Shown here one piece after another: positions 18,646 to 26,275 of a stretch of DNA of 54,608 nt (the first letter of the stretch is position 1; the number at the start of each line of letters is the position of its first letter). The notes under the pieces were generated by a model. That model was not told the DNA's origin. It ran no database searches and worked only from the letters and a program-made list of their open reading frames with translations. Made by a program: the position numbers and the translations under genes. The DNA is from Fidelibacterota bacterium (GTDB taxonomy: Bacteria > Fidelibacterota > SORT01), in assembly GCA_022567655.1 (NCBI GenBank), contig JADFGO010000001.1, forward strand, positions 1 to 54,608, given 5' to 3'.

Positions 18646-19137
18646 CTACATTTCCTTTTGTTTATTCATCTCCATCCGATGACCTTTTTGTTTGTGCTGT
18701 TTCATTTTTCGCCCGTGCATCTGTTTCTTCCAGCTGTCCCATTGTTCGCCGGACAGATTGCTTTTCAGCTTGAATCGCATATTTATGTGAAGTTTCCTTT
18801 TCTCAGCCATCTTGTTTGCAATCGCGTCCGCCTGTTTGTTCAGATCTTTTTGAGAAGCGTCCTCCATCATCATCTTCTTAAAATCAAGTTCCGCTATCTC
18901 TATGTCGGCATCAATCTTGATCTGTTTCTTCTCGAAATCATGATGCAGATTTTTGATCTTCTCCATCTGTTTATCGCTGAGATTCAGCTCCTTTGCCACG
19001 GACATTATGGACATATGATGCTTCATCTGTTTGTGCTCTTTGTGCCCGCTGTCATGCGACTGAGCCATGCCTGTGGAAACTGCCAACAGCAGAACGACTG
19101 CCATCGCAATAATGTTGGTATACAATTTGGTGTTCAT
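18646..19137 (-). CDS. Periplasmic Spy/CpxP/ZraP-family (LTXXQ) protein, His-rich
   Basis: Signal peptide, LSDKQMEKI motif, and His/Lys-rich N- and C-terminal segments (SHDSGHKEHKQMKHH; HKQKGHRMEM). Confidence 0.7.
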   Translation of the reverse strand: MNTKLYTNIIAMAVVLLLAVSTGMAQSHDSGHKEHKQMKHHMSIMSVAKELNLSDKQMEKIKNLHHDFEKKQIKIDADIEIAELDFKKMMMEDASQKDLNKQADAIANKMAEKRKLHINMRFKLKSNLSGEQWDSWKKQMHGRKMKQHKQKGHRMEMNKQKEM

Positions 19138-19148
19138 AACCTTCCTCC

Positions 19149-19649
19149 CTATCTATTGTTTCTCTTGTTTTTTCCCGGTCTCCGCCTATGAGCTTCCTGC
19201 ATCATATCCATCATACGCGCTTTAAACCGGTGCCGGAAAACCATAAATTTCGCGCGTTGTTCTGTGGAAAGAATTCCATCCATTCCCCTTAAGAATTCAG
19301 CGCGCTTTCTAATTATCGCGGTCTCAATTCCCGCAACCTTATCGATCTTCGCATCGAGCTCTTTCGCATTTATCTTACTTTCCTTCACACTCTGATGAAG
19401 CTCCCGGAAGATCGTCTGCCTTTCGTTCTCCAACTCTTCTATTTTACCGTCCTCACTGCGTAATCTCGGAAAAAACTTTTCCGCCTGTTTCTCGGTCAAT
19501 TCTAATTCATCCGTCATCTTCCAGATACGGAGCATCTCCATTTTTTCCCGTCTCTGCTTCATCATCTTTCCACCCATCATTCCGGGGGGTTGGGCGGCAA
19601 GAATTCCCGGAACTAATATAACCGCAATATAAATCATCATTTTTTTCAT
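19149..19649 (-). CDS. Periplasmic Spy/CpxP-family (LTXXQ) protein
   Basis: LTEKQAEKF and LSTEQRAKF motifs. Start moved to the ATG at 19649 (MKKMMIYIAVILVPG signal peptide, GAGG upstream). The longer track ORF overlaps the anti-sigma gene. Confidence 0.7.
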   Translation of the reverse strand: MKKMMIYIAVILVPGILAAQPPGMMGGKMMKQRREKMEMLRIWKMTDELELTEKQAEKFFPRLRSEDGKIEELENERQTIFRELHQSVKESKINAKELDAKIDKVAGIETAIIRKRAEFLRGMDGILSTEQRAKFMVFRHRFKARMMDMMQEAHRRRPGKNKRNNR

Positions 19650-19659
19650 ATATTCACCT

Positions 19660-20262
19660 CTACAGTATCGATTCTTTGTATAAATTTGAGTAAAATTCCT
19701 CCCATTCTTCATCACTGAGATTTTCAATTCCGCTTAAGTCTTCATAATAGCCAAACAAATCAGCATTTCCCCATATTTCGTCTTCGATCATCTCCGACAT
19801 CAATGCCCACTCTTCCGAGTCCAGCGATTCCATCAATCCGCCGAGAGAATATGCATCCGATTTTATCGACCCCGAATAATAGATCAGAGCCTCTTCTCCT
19901 GCAATTCCGTCTGAACCGGATCGGAGGTTATAAATTAGGATAGATGAAACGACAGTGACTACAACGAGTGAAAGAGCGGCAGTCCGGCGATAAGTCAACA
20001 CTGACAGCAAATTAGATAATACCCCTGGTGCAGACTCGGATTTTTCCCTTATCCGCGGTACTAAGGAAGAAAAATACGCAGCCTCGGGAATATCAAAATA
20101 AGGTTCCTTATAGAGCTCGAAAGTGTTGTTTATTTTCGCCAGCTCGCCGGAGCATTCCGCACAGCCGACAAGATGAGAACTAACTTCCTCTTTCAACGTA
20201 TCATCGATCTCGCCGAGACTGTAATCACTCAATATTGATTTGTAATATGAATGCTCTTTCAT
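19660..20262 (-). CDS. Anti-sigma factor (zf-HC2) with single TM helix
   Basis: HLVGCAECS (Hx3Cx2C) near the N-terminus and a central TM helix AALSLVVVTVVSSILIY. The start is 1 nt after the ECF sigma stop. Confidence 0.75.
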   Translation of the reverse strand: MKEHSYYKSILSDYSLGEIDDTLKEEVSSHLVGCAECSGELAKINNTFELYKEPYFDIPEAAYFSSLVPRIREKSESAPGVLSNLLSVLTYRRTAALSLVVVTVVSSILIYNLRSGSDGIAGEEALIYYSGSIKSDAYSLGGLMESLDSEEWALMSEMIEDEIWGNADLFGYYEDLSGIENLSDEEWEEFYSNLYKESIL

Positions 20263-20263
20263 G

Positions 20264-20800
20264 TCAGCTCTGCTCCGCCGCTATCAGCTTCAGTTTGTTC
20301 AATGCCTGATGGAAATTTGCCCTCGAAGCGCTCTCGCTCGTTCCCATAATCTCCGATATCTCCCTGAACGACATGTCGTCGTACATCCTCAGGACAAATA
20401 CCGCCCTCTGTTTTTCCGGCAAATTGCTCAAGCCTTCCCGTACGATCCTTCGCCGTTCTGCCTCGACGATTCTCTCCTCCGGCGATTTTTCGTTCGCTAT
20501 GAGACGATTCGAATAATCCTCTAAAGAAACGCTGCTGAATATTTTTTTGCGCCTCGATCTGCTGAAAACGATGTTCAGCGCAATCCGCATCAGCCACGTT
20601 CCGACATCCGCTTCTCCCTTGAAACTCTTTATGTTCTTGTATGCTTTCAGAAACGTCTCCTGTATAATATCGTCTGTGTCTTCATGATTCCCAACCATTC
20701 CTCTGACGTTTTTGTAAATTCTCGGAGAATATTTAAGTACGATCTCATTAAATTCCCTTTCCTTTTTCTGGTCTTGCTCCTCAGGTATATCATCACCCAT
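20264..20800 (-). CDS. ECF-type RNA polymerase sigma factor
   Basis: 178 aa. Region 2 DDIIQETFLKAYKNIKSF...WLMRIALN. Region 4 MSFREISEIMGTSESASRANFHQALNKLK. Confidence 0.9.
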   Translation of the reverse strand: MGDDIPEEQDQKKEREFNEIVLKYSPRIYKNVRGMVGNHEDTDDIIQETFLKAYKNIKSFKGEADVGTWLMRIALNIVFSRSRRKKIFSSVSLEDYSNRLIANEKSPEERIVEAERRRIVREGLSNLPEKQRAVFVLRMYDDMSFREISEIMGTSESASRANFHQALNKLKLIAAEQS

Positions 20801-20848
20801 TCGTTGTCATTCCGTACATATAGTTAGACGCCTGAATGATAATTTCGT

Positions 20849-23800
20849 TTAAACGCCATTGCAATATGTTCCGTAAAACCCGCACTTATCACATGATGCC
20901 GGATTCTTTTCAAATTTCCCATTTTTCAGACTGTTCAGCACTGATTTTAAACGAAGGTCAAATTCGGAAAGAGTTTTATCATTAACCTTCAGGTCTTTGA
21001 TAACTCCGGAATGCGTAAAGTAAATAAGAGTTTTCAACGGCAGCTCCCGTTGAATGGCATGTATTGCTTTTGCGTAAATCAGCAGCTGAGACTTATAATA
21101 TTCAACTTTTTCGTCAATCCGTTTGCCCTCGACTCTATCCGTTTTATAATCCAAAAGAATCCAACCATCGCCTGATCTGTACATAAGATCAATTGTGCCC
21201 TCTATCAAAACGTCCTCAAAATTGAAGAAAAACGGTTCTTCGCGTTTTATGTCTTCGCTGTCAACCTTTATAAGCTCTTCGAAAATTTCCGTTTTCCTGA
21301 ATTCTTCAATTATTCTCTGCAGCTCCTGAGCATAAACAGCTGATTTATCTTTTTCAATATTATACTCTCCGATTATTTTTTCGATTTCGCTCCCTGTCGA
21401 TTCGATCTTGAAATCGGTCCGCTCGAATAGTTTATGCGCCATCTCCCCGAACTTCGGTCCCCCCGGTCCTGACGAGGCTTCACTCCCCTGCGGTCGGTTC
21501 AATTCCGGTTCTTTTACTCCATCAAGCTCTTTGAGGGAATATTTCCACTCGCATTCCTCATAAGCCAAGAGACCTGTCGGGGTCAGTTTTGACAGTTCCC
21601 GCTCAATCTCGATAGGTTTGACATAGTTAATCGATTTTTCGAACCCTGGAGGTAATTTCGGTGGGGCGCTTTTCTGCGGGTCTGAACTCGGTGCTTCAAT
21701 TTCTCTTATCACCGGTATCTTTAGTCCGGAATAGTGAATCTCCTCTATTTCTTCCTCGTGACCCACGTCGAGACCATCCAAAATCTGCTGCAGCCATGTT
21801 CCGCTTCTTGGCGGTGACAGTGTGTCACCCTTCTTTTCTCGGGCGGACGCTAAAAAGAGATAGTCTCTTGCCCGGGTCATTGCGACGTATAATATCCTTT
21901 TTCGCTCGAATTCATCCTTTTTTTTATCCTTCAATTGCAGCAGCCAGGCCAGCGGATCTAAGTTTGCATCCTCACTCTCTCTAAGGCGAAATCCTATGCC
22001 AAAATTCGTGTCGTACCGTACCGGCTTGTTGGGATGAAGCACCTGCGCATTTAAATCCGGTAGTATAACAACAGGAAACTGCAGTCCTTTAGCGCCGTGT
22101 ACGCTCAAGATCGAGACAACGTTATCCTCTTCCGCAGAGAGAGTCGCTTCACCCTCCCGGATATCCAGACTCGTTATACGGTCTATCATGTCCAATAGAC
22201 CGCCGAATGAATTCGCCCCGGAATTTTCAAGATTTGAGATGATCTCGAGCAGTTTGTAAACGTTCAGCGCCTTTTGCTCTCCATTTTCCGATGCGAGAAG
22301 AAAAGGGATATAACTTATCTCATCGATAACCTTTTGGACGAACCTCGATACTCCAACAGTGTCCTTTGCCTCTCTCATTTCACTGAGCAACGTTACCGCC
22401 CTGTTCATCCTTGATTTGTCATCTCCGGAAAATTTTTCGCTCAGAGTTGAGTTTTTAAACTCGGATATGAAACTCCCGCCGGCGCCAAGCAGGAACAGAG
22501 CATTGTCAGATAGCCCTACAATTGGAGAGCGGAGCCATGAGGCAAGAGAATAATCATCGCCGCTGTATTCTATCGCGCGGAAAAAATTCAACAGGTCCAT
22601 TATCTCAAACGAATTAAAAAAACCACGACTGCTCTTAACGTAAAAGGGAACGCCTGATTCCTTTAGACCGTCTAAATATGGTTGAATTTGAGTAAATCTC
22701 TGGAACAGCATACCAATATCCCTAAACTCGATCTTCCTCTTTTTCCCGTCTTTTCCAATTATAGTTTTATTACCGACCAACGATAAAATCTGACCGGCGA
22801 TTATTTTTGCCTCCGCCTCCCTCACGGTTTTTTCTTCATCTTCTTCTAACACCGGCATCAACAACTGAATTTTCGGATCGTCGTTATGGGATTTTCTGTA
22901 CTTTTGCGCAATTACATAACTGCCATCGCTGTCTCCGCCGCTTACTTTCAAGAAATTTGAAAAAAACGAGTTGAAGAAATCTATCAGCTCAGGCTGACTC
23001 CTGTAATTATTGGAAATGTGTTCCGGTTTCTCTATGCCGGTATCGTGCATCATTTTCCGGAAATTCGAGACCTCCGCTCCGCGAAATTTATATATCGATT
23101 GATTTTCGTCTCCGACCATGAAAAGCACCGGCGGCTTATCCTCGCCCCTGATCAGTGTTTTTATTATCTCCATCTGTAGGTCATCCGTATCCTGAAACTC
23201 ATCGACTAACACCTGTTTGAATTTCATCCTGTAATGATCAGCGATATTTCTTTTTTCTCTCAACAAAGTCATCGTTTTATGCAGCAGTCCGTTGTAGTCG
23301 AGCGCCGCCGCGCCGCTCAAAACCGAATCATATTCTCGAAAAATTTTCTCTGTTAAATCTTTGGCTCCCATGTGCAGCGTTGACAATATGTCTATATCCG
23401 CTAGTCTGACAGATTCTTTCCCGCCCGGAATGAATTCGAGAACCCGGTTTCTAATAATTTTTAGTGACTCCTTCGCCTGTTTGAATTCACCGTTTTCCCA
23501 TGAACTCTTGCTCCCGGCTTTCAATACAATAGAGCCCGCAATTTCAAACAAGATATCCAGCTTCGATCCCATCGGTGTTCCGTCTTGCAGTTTGGAGCGG
23601 GCATCGAGCACTTTAAGCCGAATTTTCGCTATAGCGTCTGTGTCATTCAGCGGGACACACTCCGAAAGATTTTCAAACGCCACCGTTAGCTCCGGCGCAG
23701 TGAAAAATTCGTTAAATTCCTCATTGAACATATCTTCCACCGCCTCCTCCAATTTCCCGGCGGCAGCCAGCTCACTGACTCTCGACAATGCGCCTGAAAG

Positions 23801-24376
23801 CCTGTATCTGTCTCTGAGAGCGGTCTCAGACAAACTCCGAACTCCGGGCAACCCGATATAGCGAATCAACGTTCTACCGCTTTCCTCCTCGCCGCGCAGA
23901 AATTCCGAGACGACCCTTCGAATTACCTGATCCGCTATTATCGAAGATTCATTCGATTCGAGTACCCGGAATGATGGTTCTAATCCCGCTTCTAATGAGT
24001 AGCTTTTCAATACAGACTGGCAAAAGCTGTGTATAGTTGAAATAGGAGCGGATTCAATCGTAGCGAGAGCGCTCTCGGCAAAATTTTTCTTAGTGTTGGA
24101 GGCGGGTTTATTAATGACTTCAATAAGCCTTTCCCGAACGCGTGATTTCAGTTCCGCAGCCGCTTTTTTTGTAAAGGTTATGGCAAGGATTTCATCCGTT
24201 TTAGCTGCTCCGGTGAGAATAATCTCCATATACCTTTCAACAAGAACCCGTGTTTTACCCGAGCCGGCTCCCGCTGAAATCGCCATCGGCTGTTCCGGAT
24301 GCTCTATCGCTTTTTTCTGCTGTTTATCTAATTCCATGAAGAAGTTCAATATACTCAGCATCGTATTCGGTTGCAA
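20849..24376 (-). CDS. addA: AddA-type UvrD-family helicase with C-terminal PD-(D/E)XK nuclease
   Basis: Helicase motifs AGAGSGKT, DEFQDT, VGDENQSIYKFRGA, HGAKGLQFPVV and YVAMTRARDYL. Nuclease motif GTIDLMY...LLDYKTD, flanked by Cys (ECEW ... CDKCGFYGTYC). The start is uncertain: TTG 24376, ATG 24361 or ATG 24337. Confidence 0.9.
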   Translation of the reverse strand: MQPNTMLSILNFFMELDKQQKKAIEHPEQPMAISAGAGSGKTRVLVERYMEIILTGAAKTDEILAITFTKKAAAELKSRVRERLIEVINKPASNTKKNFAESALATIESAPISTIHSFCQSVLKSYSLEAGLEPSFRVLESNESSIIADQVIRRVVSEFLRGEEESGRTLIRYIGLPGVRSLSETALRDRYRLSGALSRVSELAAAGKLEEAVEDMFNEEFNEFFTAPELTVAFENLSECVPLNDTDAIAKIRLKVLDARSKLQDGTPMGSKLDILFEIAGSIVLKAGSKSSWENGEFKQAKESLKIIRNRVLEFIPGGKESVRLADIDILSTLHMGAKDLTEKIFREYDSVLSGAAALDYNGLLHKTMTLLREKRNIADHYRMKFKQVLVDEFQDTDDLQMEIIKTLIRGEDKPPVLFMVGDENQSIYKFRGAEVSNFRKMMHDTGIEKPEHISNNYRSQPELIDFFNSFFSNFLKVSGGDSDGSYVIAQKYRKSHNDDPKIQLLMPVLEEDEEKTVREAEAKIIAGQILSLVGNKTIIGKDGKKRKIEFRDIGMLFQRFTQIQPYLDGLKESGVPFYVKSSRGFFNSFEIMDLLNFFRAIEYSGDDYSLASWLRSPIVGLSDNALFLLGAGGSFISEFKNSTLSEKFSGDDKSRMNRAVTLLSEMREAKDTVGVSRFVQKVIDEISYIPFLLASENGEQKALNVYKLLEIISNLENSGANSFGGLLDMIDRITSLDIREGEATLSAEEDNVVSILSVHGAKGLQFPVVILPDLNAQVLHPNKPVRYDTNFGIGFRLRESEDANLDPLAWLLQLKDKKKDEFERKRILYVAMTRARDYLFLASAREKKGDTLSPPRSGTWLQQILDGLDVGHEEEIEEIHYSGLKIPVIREIEAPSSDPQKSAPPKLPPGFEKSINYVKPIEIERELSKLTPTGLLAYEECEWKYSLKELDGVKEPELNRPQGSEASSGPGGPKFGEMAHKLFERTDFKIESTGSEIEKIIGEYNIEKDKSAVYAQELQRIIEEFRKTEIFEELIKVDSEDIKREEPFFFNFEDVLIEGTIDLMYRSGDGWILLDYKTDRVEGKRIDEKVEYYKSQLLIYAKAIHAIQRELPLKTLIYFTHSGVIKDLKVNDKTLSEFDLRLKSVLNSLKNGKFEKNPASCDKCGFYGTYCNGV

Positions 24377-24493
24377 TTGCCACTCTGAGAAATATCGAGA
24401 AAGCTCAGATAAATGTTGCCCCCAAAAGGAGGTGGGCTTGATTAGAAGCAGCCGTCTACCGGAACGGGATTCCGACCTGTCCGACTAACCAGC

Positions 24494-24753
24494 CCGCCCG
24501 TCTGACCGCTTGCCGGGCAGGACATCGGTCTGGCGGGTGCCAGGTGGATCGGAAACCCTTAAAAGGGTTCCATGATAATTCTTTATCCACACTAACCCCC
24601 GACTTAAGTCGGGGGTTAAGAAGATGTGTCTGTAACAAGTAAACTGTTTTTCCCGAAGGGATGCCTTCGGCAAACAGTTTATCCGGTAGAATTGGAGTGC
24701 GTGTTGACTTGTGTCGAAGACACTCTCCGAGGAAGTCCTTCGTGGCCTTCGGA
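24494..24753. repeat. Intergenic cluster of short hairpin modules
   Basis: Hairpins at about 24494-24537, 24551-24571 (ggaaaccctt/aagggttcc), 24594-24617 (aacccccgac-ttaa-gtcgggggtt, perfect) and 24641-24680 (aaactgttt...aaacagttt, enclosing ccgaagg/ccttcgg). The segment 24734-24753 matches 2724-2743 at 19 of 20 nt. Confidence 0.6.
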
Positions 24754-25056
24754 GTCTGCTTTACGCTTCGTTCAGAAAAGTTGTGCCTCTAATGCCTTTT
24801 CCGCTCCCGGAGTAATTCGATTGATCAAAATATGTAGAAGTTCTGGTATGGATAATTATACATTGAAGCAGCCGACAGGATAAAGAAATTAGTTTATAAA
24901 ACTCAGAGCAATCGAGGTTCTATTATCACTGTAAACATAGATTTATATATCAACAGTTTCTATTACCAGCTCACGCTCTGGATTTTAACCGCATTTATAT
25001 TAGGCATCATATCGTACAAATTTAAATTTCTTGACTACAGCGGGCTGACAGCGGCA

Positions 25057-25758
25057 ATGACGGTCGGAACTTTGATATTCATATCCGGTGGATTCAGATG
25101 GATTCTGCCATTGGTTTTGTTTTTCCTTCTTTCCAGCATTCTTCCTCGTTTGGGAACGCTGTTCAACCTGCGTGAACGAACCCGCCATCCCCCCCGTACC
25201 GCTATGCAGGTAACTGCAAACGGAGGAATCGCCGCGCTCGCAGCGTTTGTGTATATATTCTATCCTCATGAAGGTTTGCCTTTGATTTTCCTCGGAAGTC
25301 TCGCTGCGGCAACTTCAGACACCTGGAGCACTGAAATTGGTTCTTTCTCCCGGACTCGACCACGTCTGATAACGAATTTCAAACATGTCTCGAAGGGAAC
25401 CTCCGGGGGATTATCACTTACAGGAACTTTAGGCGGAATTGCCGGAGCTTTCGCTCTGACCTTGAGCGGAACTCTTCTCTATCCCGTTAAGGCAGCCGTA
25501 TATTTCGCATCCGCCGAATCGGCAGCTGTGTTATTAGGAGGAGTTATCGGAAATCTGACCGACAGTCTGCTCGGTGCTACCGTTCAGTCGAAATACGCCT
25601 GTGTTGTTTGCGGCAAAGTTACCGAAGAGCGCAACCATTGCGGCAAAGCGACAACGCGTTTTGCCGGGTTTAAATGGATCGATAACGAGATGGTGAATTT
25701 ACTCTGCTCACTCAGCGGCGGACTCTCCGCTGTTCTGATATGGGGTTTAATAAAGTGA
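25057..25758 (+). CDS. DUF92 (TMEM19-like) integral membrane protein
   Basis: 233-aa polytopic membrane protein with a C-terminal CVVCGKV...HCG segment. It is the only plus-strand gene. The reading frame stays open upstream to 24856 with no canonical start codon. Confidence 0.8.
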   Translation: MTVGTLIFISGGFRWILPLVLFFLLSSILPRLGTLFNLRERTRHPPRTAMQVTANGGIAALAAFVYIFYPHEGLPLIFLGSLAAATSDTWSTEIGSFSRTRPRLITNFKHVSKGTSGGLSLTGTLGGIAGAFALTLSGTLLYPVKAAVYFASAESAAVLLGGVIGNLTDSLLGATVQSKYACVVCGKVTEERNHCGKATTRFAGFKWIDNEMVNLLCSLSGGLSAVLIWGLIK

Positions 25759-25786
25759 AAAGCCCACGAACAAAAGTTCGCGGGCT
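25758..25786 (-). terminator. Terminator between convergent genes (addB unit versus DUF92)
   Basis: 11-bp stem agcccacgaac/gttcgcgggct (one mismatch) with loop aaaa. On the minus strand it is followed by TTTT. Confidence 0.6.
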
Positions 25787-25807
25787 CGTCGGGAGGAATT
25801 AAAACTA

Positions 25808-26179
25808 TTACATCATTGGCTTTGGAACTGCTACCTCGGTCCATTTCCGGCCATCCTTTACAAGAATTTTGGTCGGCTTGATCGATTGTGATTCCGCGTG
25901 ATACTCTCCCGTGATCTTTACTCGTTTGCTCATATAATCTGCCATGCCGGGAGCTATCACAAGCAGGTTATAAACCTTTCCGTCCTTGGCGGCTACGCCG
26001 ACAGGCTGTCCTCTTTTTGCGCAGGCAACGGCGCACATTTGATGAGTTTCACCTTTTGCTCCGCCCATATAACACGTTACGTCTACGAGTTCTCCTTCAA
26101 CGGTTTTATCCTCCGCATACAATGAGACCGTCGCAAGCATCACAAGAATCACTACTGCAGTTGATTTGAATATTTTCAT
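25808..26179 (-). CDS. Small secreted protein with three Cys, unknown function
   Basis: Start moved to the ATG at 26179 (MKIFKSTAVVILVMLATVSLYA signal peptide, AGGGGA upstream). Mature part contains VTCY...MCAVAC. Confidence 0.6.
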   Translation of the reverse strand: MKIFKSTAVVILVMLATVSLYAEDKTVEGELVDVTCYMGGAKGETHQMCAVACAKRGQPVGVAAKDGKVYNLLVIAPGMADYMSKRVKITGEYHAESQSIKPTKILVKDGRKWTEVAVPKPMM

Positions 26180-26275
26180 TCTATTTCCCCTATTTTGTCT
26201 GTTATCTGATTGTCTAATTAAGTGCATTATACTTTAGCATGCCACAATATATATGTAACCGATATTACAAAGGAA

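Noticed and set aside
20259-20597. A 112-aa alternative-frame minus ORF and an 87-aa plus ORF inside the ECF sigma gene.
   Set aside because: The ECF sigma frame has clear region 2 and region 4 motifs. The alternative frames are Arg/Gly-rich shadows.
24443-24460. AGAAGCAGCC resembles the SRP RNA helix-8 motif (GGAAGCAGCC).
   Set aside because: The partner strand and the GGAA tetraloop context (CAGGUCCGGAA) are absent on both strands.
24729-24745. GAGGAAGTCC resembles the RNase P RNA P4 motif (GAGGAAAGUCCGGGC).
   Set aside because: The match ends after GUCC. None of the other conserved RNase P regions are present. The same segment recurs at 2721-2743 as a repeat module.
24456-24883. Three overlapping 60-85-aa ORFs (two minus, one plus) between addA and DUF92.
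   Set aside because: They overlap each other and the hairpin modules, and they have no RBS or recognisable domains.
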